From the human T2T-CHM13v2.0 reference genome, Homo sapiens, in the NCBI RefSeq assembly GCF_009914755.1, contig NC_060931.1: DNA of 64,000 nt; one strand, written 5' to 3'. The notes under the pieces are model-generated. The model saw only the letters and a list, made by a program, of their open reading frames with translations. It made no database searches and was not told the origin of the DNA. The translations under genes and the position numbers were made by a program. Every line of letters starts with the position of its first letter. Within the stretch, counting starts at the first letter, position 1. Below, in pieces: positions 57,343 through 64,000 of this stretch.

Positions 57343-60300
57343 CTAACCGATATTCATAAGTATAATAAGGATGCCACTTTGAGTGTAGATTCTCATAAAT
57401 CAGTGACATTAAAAACATGTACAGAACAATTTACATGAAAAAGTAATATGATGAATTCAATACAGTCAACCTCTGACCTAGAAGAAAGGTTATGAGGGTG
57501 GAGCAGGGAAGAAATGCAGAAAAAATCTTTGGCTCAAACCTATAAACACACTTGACTAAAAAATCTTTGAAATGCACCAAAAAAGAATGTTTTTTCAAAC
57601 TGTTAATATCTTTGAAAATCATAATGCAGTACACAATTGTTTTTTGGGAAGCAGGTAAATTTTTTAAACCTGCATTTAATCATAAAAGGTAAAATAAAGG
57701 AACTTTAGAATTAGAAATCATTTAAAACATCATGTAACCTTACTTCTGCATTATACAGAGGAGGGTACCGAGGCCAGGTGAATATTTAGGCACTTGTCCA
57801 GGACTACACAACATGCAAATGCCAGGTTATACTGAATTAAGGGCAGGAGGGTGATACAGTCTTTGTAAGTTTTCTATCACTATTAGGAAAAAAAATAGGT
57901 ACAATGCAGTACTATGTACAAAGTGATGTAATTTGGCCTGAAGCTTAAGCAAGACCACAGCTGGATGCTTTGTAACAATAGTTCTCTGTTTTTACTTGGA
58001 TTTTGGGTAGAATATGATGATATTAAGGTGTTTAAGACAGGTTCATTTTAGGACAAAATTTTGTAGAACTCAGCCTCTCTCTTTATGTCTCTCTTCTCTC
58101 CAGCCCCAAGATAATTCAAACCTCTCCCTTCCCTCTCCCCTGCCAAAAAAGAGAATCATACAAATGAACCAAACCAAAATAGATAATTACATTTAACAGA
58201 ACTATCAGTATATGTCAGAAGATTCTAGTTTAATTTCTTCTGGTTTTAACTTTCAGGAAAGTTAATTTCACTATTTTCTTTTGATGCAGCCCATTTTAAC
58301 CCTTTAAAAATATATTTCTTAGAGACAAAGATCTATATTATTTCTCGTACTGTTCATTTCAGGTTGGACCAGGTAGACATGGGGAAAAGCAGATGCAGAG
58401 GGTTGTGTTTTACAGTGGTTATCATTCATACTAAGTTTATATCTGTATTAAGTTGCATTGCACACAAAGTTTGGAAACAGTATTTCTGAAAGAATTTTCA
58501 GCATGAGTAAAGTCAGTAAAAATTGGTACAAACACTATACTTCTTAAGGTAATCACACTTTTGTTCTCACTCAATGAAGCTGACTGTTCATGTATTCTAA
58601 GAGTGCATTTTAGAGTAGGATACTACTTGAAACAGAAGAATGTAAGAAAATCATGCTTTTATTGCTCCATTGTTCTTTATAAAGCAAATGATAGGAAAAA
58701 AGGAGGGTGAATGAACCATTCTTGTCCACTTCTCCCCCAATATTATATTATTAAAACTGGAGTGGTTTAGCAGAAACGATACATTTTTCTGTGTTACTTG
58801 GTGGCTCGGTATCCTTTTCTGGTTGAGTATTATAGGAGATGAAGACCCCTGTGAAATATGAAAAATGACAATCCGCCACTGTTTTATATCACAGGCCAAG
58901 TATCTCATAGGATCCAGCGAAGGTTGAATGTCTGGGCAGAAGATCTCAGGTCATTAACAGAAAAAGCTCTTTGGCATCCTGTGTCATAGAACAAAGTGTC
59001 AAACCTGTTCCCATTACTAGGTGCCTGTGGTGCTTTTCTTAAATAATCAGTCCCATTCAGACAGACATTTTAAGGTCTCTGATCATCTTTCTATTTCACA
59101 AGCAGTATTTTTTTAAGGCTAAATGGCACTAGAAGCAGAATGTTTTTAAAGTAAGGTTTAGAAAAGAACTTGGTATATTCCAAAGCTAGCCGGATTCTTT
59201 CTCATTTTCCCAAAGGTCAGACAGAAGTTCAGCTCTGACAGCATTGTAGCTGGGAATCCAGATAGAGGCAGGCAACATTTGCTCCAGCTCTACACTCCAG
59301 TCTGGGAGGCCTGGGAGCTCCTGTACAAATAGGAATCAATTTTAGGATAGCCTTATGAATCCTAGAGGATGGAATTAGACAAAGCTTTTTTTGCCCCTGC
59401 TTTGACCATTTGGCCTCAGATACGGGTGCCCCAATACTTTAATTTTTCTTCTTTAAAGTTTAAAGTTTTTAAGAAAATGAAATAGCTGGTAAGTGAAAAT
59501 AGTCAAGAAAACATTGTAATTATGCTATATGTACATGTGCGTTTTTTTCTGAAGTGGATTTTCAGAGACACAGTTAGAAGGTGTGCTTCACTGCTTTATT
59601 CTGCATATGCCCCAATGAATTCCAGGAGGTCACAGCAGCAGAGTACAACTTTTAAGATTAGAAGAGCTTGCTCTTTAAAGAGTTATTTTTAGCTGGAAGG
59701 GAGAGTGTAGACCTCAAAGTGCTGGTAGGTATGTTCTACAGTGGGGATCTAATTTGGAGGTCTTTGGAGATCTGATTCCAGGGGAAGGTCTCAGTGGGGC
59801 TCCTCTTGCCTCTGCTGCAGGACTGGGTGGCTCTGCTGATTGTCACTGCCTTGTTTGAGGGGTGGTCTCCATCATCCAGGGGAATTCAGCCTGGGACCTA
59901 TTGTCTAGAGTGTACATTGTATCTAGGCCCAGACCTGCCAGAGTGTCCACAGCCACACTTGAGGAAAGGACATTCCAGACTCATTAAATATCACAATTCG
60001 ATTTTGATGTCACTAACTCAGGTTCCTGAGATAAATTTCCATACAATTCCTACAGATTGATATGGATATGTGCATCACCCCAGGAGAGGCTCTGGTGAAG
60101 GGCAGGCTTGGAGATGCAATGGGCAAGGTTGGGGAAGAGATACCCTCTTCCGGGTTCCGATTTGTGCCCTGAATTTGGGCAAGCTCAAGGAGCACTGGCA
60201 ACCCCACCAGCACCAGAAGAAGCTGGTCCTGGCTGTCTCCCGAGACTGGTGAAACTGCTCTGGTGGTGGTGCACTGGAAGGGTGGAGGAAAAAAAACAAA

Positions 60301-60699
60301 AAACAAAACAGGGTTTGAGGGGGAATGGCAGGGACACGGTAGAGGCACAGAGATACAGAGACCTAGAGTCAGAAATCCTGAGTGAGACACACAGAAAGGC
60401 AGAAAAAGGCAGAAAGATGCTGAGGGACAGAGACGCAGACCACAAGAATGACAGAAGAAGGAGACAGAGAGAGAGAGGGAGTGAGAAAGATACTGAGAAA
60501 TAGGGACAGTAAGGGAGAGACTGAGAAAGACAGAGACAGCCAGAGTCGGAGCACAGAGGCCGAGTCTGGGAGACGCTGGTTGAGTGGGAGGTGTCAGTAG
60601 CGAGGGAGGTGGTGACGGCTCGAAGCATCCCCCGTCCTCCTCCTCCCCCTTCACGCTCAGCCCAGCCGGCGGCGAGGAGTCCAGAGGCCAAGGTCGCCC

Positions 60700-61846
60700 A
60701 GTCCTCTCGGCTGTCTCGAGCTGAATGGCTGGCAGTCTGCGGCTCCCCCGCCTCCGGCCCGGCAGCCACAGGTCGGAGGCGCCCGGCGTCGGCGCTCGAG
60801 GCCGGCAGGGGCGCCCTGCACCCTCCCGCGCCCTTCCCCGCCCTACGCGACTCCCGGCTGCTCTTCCCGCCACTCCCCTGGGCTTTGCGATCTTCCCTAC
60901 GCCCCCCGGGAAGGGGGCGCTGCGGCCACCGAAGACACCGCGGGAGCCACTTGTCCCTGTGGGCCCAGCCCGCGAGAGCCTGAGAGCCGGATCTGTTTAC
61001 ACAGGGTACTAATTAGTCTTTGAGGAATCATTCACCCACGTGCCAAAGTAATTGTCCGTGTCAGGAAGGTAGGCGTGCCAAGCCGCGGCTCTGCGGAGAA
61101 ACCACGACCACCGCGGCCGCCGGAAACCCAAAGCGCTCCAGAGCGTCCCCGGGTGGCCGGGCAGCACCAGGGACAGCGCCCGGGACTCCACTGGGGACCG
61201 GCTCCTGGGCTTCCCAGCGTCGCGGGTAGAGGTACAGCTGCTCCGTGTGCCGCAGGCTCCAGATTCTCGCCACCCCACCCCTCCCTCAGAAACTCGGACT
61301 GCTCTCGTCTGCCGTGTGGTTCTCTTTTCTTCCGAAAGGCCAGTGTCTTATCTCTCCACTTCAAGTCCAGAGGACTTGCTCAGTCTCCTCCCCTTAAGTC
61401 ATTTCCACCATCCTCAGGCAGCTGTGGGAAGCCGAGAGTCCTGGACTGTTCGTCCGGGTGCCAGCGCTGGCAGTCCCAGTCCGTCCGGTGCAGCAGCCCG
61501 GCGCATTCCCCTCTCTCCCTCCCTCTTGCTCTCCCTCCCTTTCTGTCTTCCTCTCTTTCCTCCTCTACTGCTCCCTCCCTCTCTTGCCTCTTAAGTTTCC
61601 TGCACCGTGAATCCAACTGTGCCAAGCCTTGGCTCCCGCGAACCAATCCTGAGCGCGACCCGGGCACTGGGACGGCGACTCCGCCAAAGCTGGACGAGGC
61701 AGCCGGACCCGTCTGCGCTCGAGCATGGAGACGGAGCGCCTGGGAGGGCACGTCCGGGGCGCTGGAGACGCCAGGCCCGAGTAGCTTCTCCATGGAGCCT
61801 GCCCAGAGCGGTCCCTTCTCGCAGGATTCGCCCCAAGTCCTGTGCG
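60700..61846 (+). other. NXPH1: NXPH1 exon 1 (5'UTR); 5' boundary uncertain (TSS roughly 60700-61100)
   Basis: Donor GCG|GTACGT at 61846/61847 upstream of the exon 2 acceptor. This agrees with the recalled structure of a non-coding first exon. Confidence 0.7.
61160..61180 (+). promoter_or_regulatory. RE1/NRSE (REST binding site)
   Basis: GGCAGCACCAGGGACAGCGCC against TTCAGCACCACGGACAGCGCC: 18/21, both half-sites and the 2-bp spacer intact. Confidence 0.9.
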
Positions 61847-62694
61847 GTACGTACCCTTTGCCTCCGCTGTTCCCGGAGGGTACACCTGGGAGCGGGGTGG
61901 TGGGCACGAGGAAGGGACGGCAGGGAGGGGCGCTGGTTAGGAAAGAGAACAAGCCTGGCAGGTGACCCTCACAGCTCGGAGGAGGCTTCTTCTCTAGAAG
62001 TTAGCGACCAGCTGTACCCTTTGGCTCGAAAAAAGTAGTGCTAGAGATGTGACTGTGAGCATTCGTGGGTATCTCTGTGTGCGCCAGGGGTTCGAATGGG
62101 TAAACTGATCCCTGCTTTCCTGTATGCAAATTGCATTCTCTTTCCCCACCCCCACTTCACCGAACGTGTTGAGGTACCTAGCACCTAATCGCGGTCAGTT
62201 CTACCTACCTCTTCCTCTCACCGCGCCCCCCTCGCTCAGTCTCTCTCTCTCCCTTTATCTTTCCCCTCTATCTCTCTCTGCTGGTGTGTACGTGTGTGAG
62301 CACTGCCAGGGCTGGCGAAGAACCAGCCGCCGCCTTTAGTCCGAGCCGCCGGGCCACCCAACACAAGGGCAGGTCTCGCTGCCGGAGAAGCCTGGGCTCC
62401 GAACCAGCCTGCACGCGGCTCAGTGTGCTCCGCCGCCTGGGAACTCGCACCCGAGGAGCGCAGGGGGCAAGGAGCCCCTCACCCTCCCTCTCGTCCGCCC
62501 GCCCGCCTCCCCAGCTGCGGACCGCGCGCTTGCTGGTCTCAGGCGCTGGATTTACTCGCTTTTCAATTTTTCGTACCCTCCCTCCCTTTTTTTTTTGGTC
62601 CCCCACTTCCCGCTACGACCCCCTTTCCCCGCTTGATTGTCAAGCCTAACCTTGCCCGCGTAGTCATGGGATGTCTAATTTTATTTGCATCTAG

Positions 62695-62804
62695 GCTGCT
62701 GAGAGCGCTCCTTGCTCTGTAAAGTGGATGTCAGGTGGATCTATGTTTCTGAAGGAACAAAGACTCAAAGAAGGCACCGCCAAGGAAGTTTGAGACGCGG
62801 GAGA
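62695..62804 (+). other. NXPH1: NXPH1 exon 2, 5'UTR part (110 nt)
   Basis: Branch-like CTAAT at 62675-62679, then TTTATTTGCATCTAG|G acceptor. Confidence 0.8.
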
Positions 62805-62858
62805 ATGCAGGCTGCGTGCTGGTACGTGCTTTTCCTCCTGCAGCCCACCGTCTACTTG
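62805..62858 (+). CDS. NXPH1: Neurexophilin-1, first coding segment (signal peptide, 18 codons); the rest is downstream of the window
   Basis: MQAACWYVLFLLQPTVYL matches the recognised NXPH1 N-terminus. A phase-0 consensus donor TTG|GTAAGT follows. Confidence 0.95.
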
Positions 62859-64000
62859 GTAAGTCTTGGAAGGTTCGGGGCTTTCGCATTTTTACCCCGG
62901 CCGGGAGGCAAGGAAACTGGGGACACGCGGGAGAAGGGTTACGCCGCCAGTTCAGTGAGAGCAGCTTCCTAGCAGCTGTGTTGGAGCAACTTTGGCAAGC
63001 TGGTCTCTGGATTCCTGCGGATTTTCCGGGGTTCCCACCCCATTTTCTGCTCCAATCCCCCAGTCTCCTGCGCGTGATTCTTGAAAGGGGCTAGGGCGCC
63101 CCAGACACCCTAAACCCAAGGAGGTAGTGAGATGGGGTGCTTTATGTGATAGAGGGCCAACGAGAAGAAGTGGAAGGCAGGAACTCTCAGTAGCTCATGC
63201 ACAGAGTTTAAACGAAGGGAAGTGGGGGTGTAGTTGGGTGGTGGAAAGAACAAATCTGCCCAGGTCTGTGAGTTTAAAAGTGAATCTACCCACCCACTTC
63301 CCCGATTTGGAGATGAGACACATAAAGAAGCGCAGTTAACTTTCTTTGACTTGTAAGGGTTCCGACAGGATAAGTTTAACTATCAGGGGTACTGCAAGCA
63401 ATCGGAGTTAGGACAGAGATACTCCAGCAAACATGTCCACCTTCCTCTCGTCTCGACCTCCCCTTTTCATCAAATAACTAAATCCCATCTCCAGTGACTA
63501 GTCCATTATTAGGGAATGGTAGGCCTTGTCGCCAGGGAGAGAATTCTAAACAAAGCCGCGGTCCTTGTCCTTCAGTAGCAGAGTTTTCCGGGGGGCTGGA
63601 CTTTGTACACTGCTGGAACTCGGCTCCTGGTTGAAGAGCTTTGTTGTGGTGAATTGGTAGCTGTTTGTGCCATGTTGAGACAAGGAGAATGAGATATTTC
63701 AGGTCTGGCTTCTGGGGTGGGAATGGGGGAATGGGGGTAAGGGACACTTGTGCCCTGCTGGTGAAGTTGTGTTCAGTGTCCCGACCCCCATAGCCCATCC
63801 TGGGCTGCGGGAGTGCACCGAGGGCTCGCTATGTTCTGTCTAGGGGTGAGGTGCGCTAAAGCAGCCCGAACTCTCTGATGGGCTACACCTCTGATTGGAG
63901 GTGATACTGGCGCTCCTCAATCCCAAGAGCCTTAGATAGAACCCATAAGCCTGAAAGAATTGCCATCCCTACAATTGACAGCGTTTCTCGGCCGTTGCCC

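Larger units (their letters stand above)
60540..63100. promoter_or_regulatory. CpG island, NXPH1 promoter region
   Basis: Abrupt rise in GC and CpG content compared with the AT-rich upstream 60 kb. It spans exon 1, intron 1 and exon 2. Confidence 0.9.

Noticed and set aside
60013-60873. 286-aa minus-strand ORF and overlapping ORFs
   Set aside because: Stop-poor GC-rich and CT/GA low-complexity sequence, non-ATG start, no recognisable domain.
61075-61965. 296-aa plus-strand ORF
   Set aside because: GTG start, reads through the exon 1 donor, low complexity. Only its internal ATG (61792) is kept, as uORF2.
62712-62972. 86-aa ORF as the whole NXPH1 exon
   Set aside because: Residues after …TVYL come from intron sequence past the GTAAGT donor.

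Overview
Primate, very likely human, genomic DNA. About 60 kb is repeat-rich intergenic sequence: Alu, L1, L2, MIR, MaLR/ERVL/ERV1 LTRs, a full-length THE1 provirus and a near full-length Tigger1. It ends in a CpG island holding the 5' end of NXPH1 (neurexophilin-1, + strand): a non-coding exon 1 ending at 61846 and exon 2 (62695-62858), which encodes the first 18 codons MQAACWYVLFLLQPTVYL. The rest of the CDS lies beyond the window. No other protein gene, RNA gene or CRISPR-like system is supported, and I found no wholly new biological system. The best leads are regulatory or mechanistic. (1) The NXPH1 leader has three uORFs, one made by splicing and in frame with the CDS, plus an in-frame GUG. 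(2) The promoter has an RE1/REST site and a FOX/homeobox/E-box cluster. (3) Sense-oriented MaLR LTRs keep intact splice donors and could act as alternative first exons. (4) An LTR10 with tandem AP-1 sites sits next to a CTCF motif. (5) An L1/Alu cluster shows a triplicated target site and two inverted L1 pieces that appear to tile one L1 3' region. Repeat subfamily names come from recalled consensus sequences, and boundaries of old repeats are approximate.
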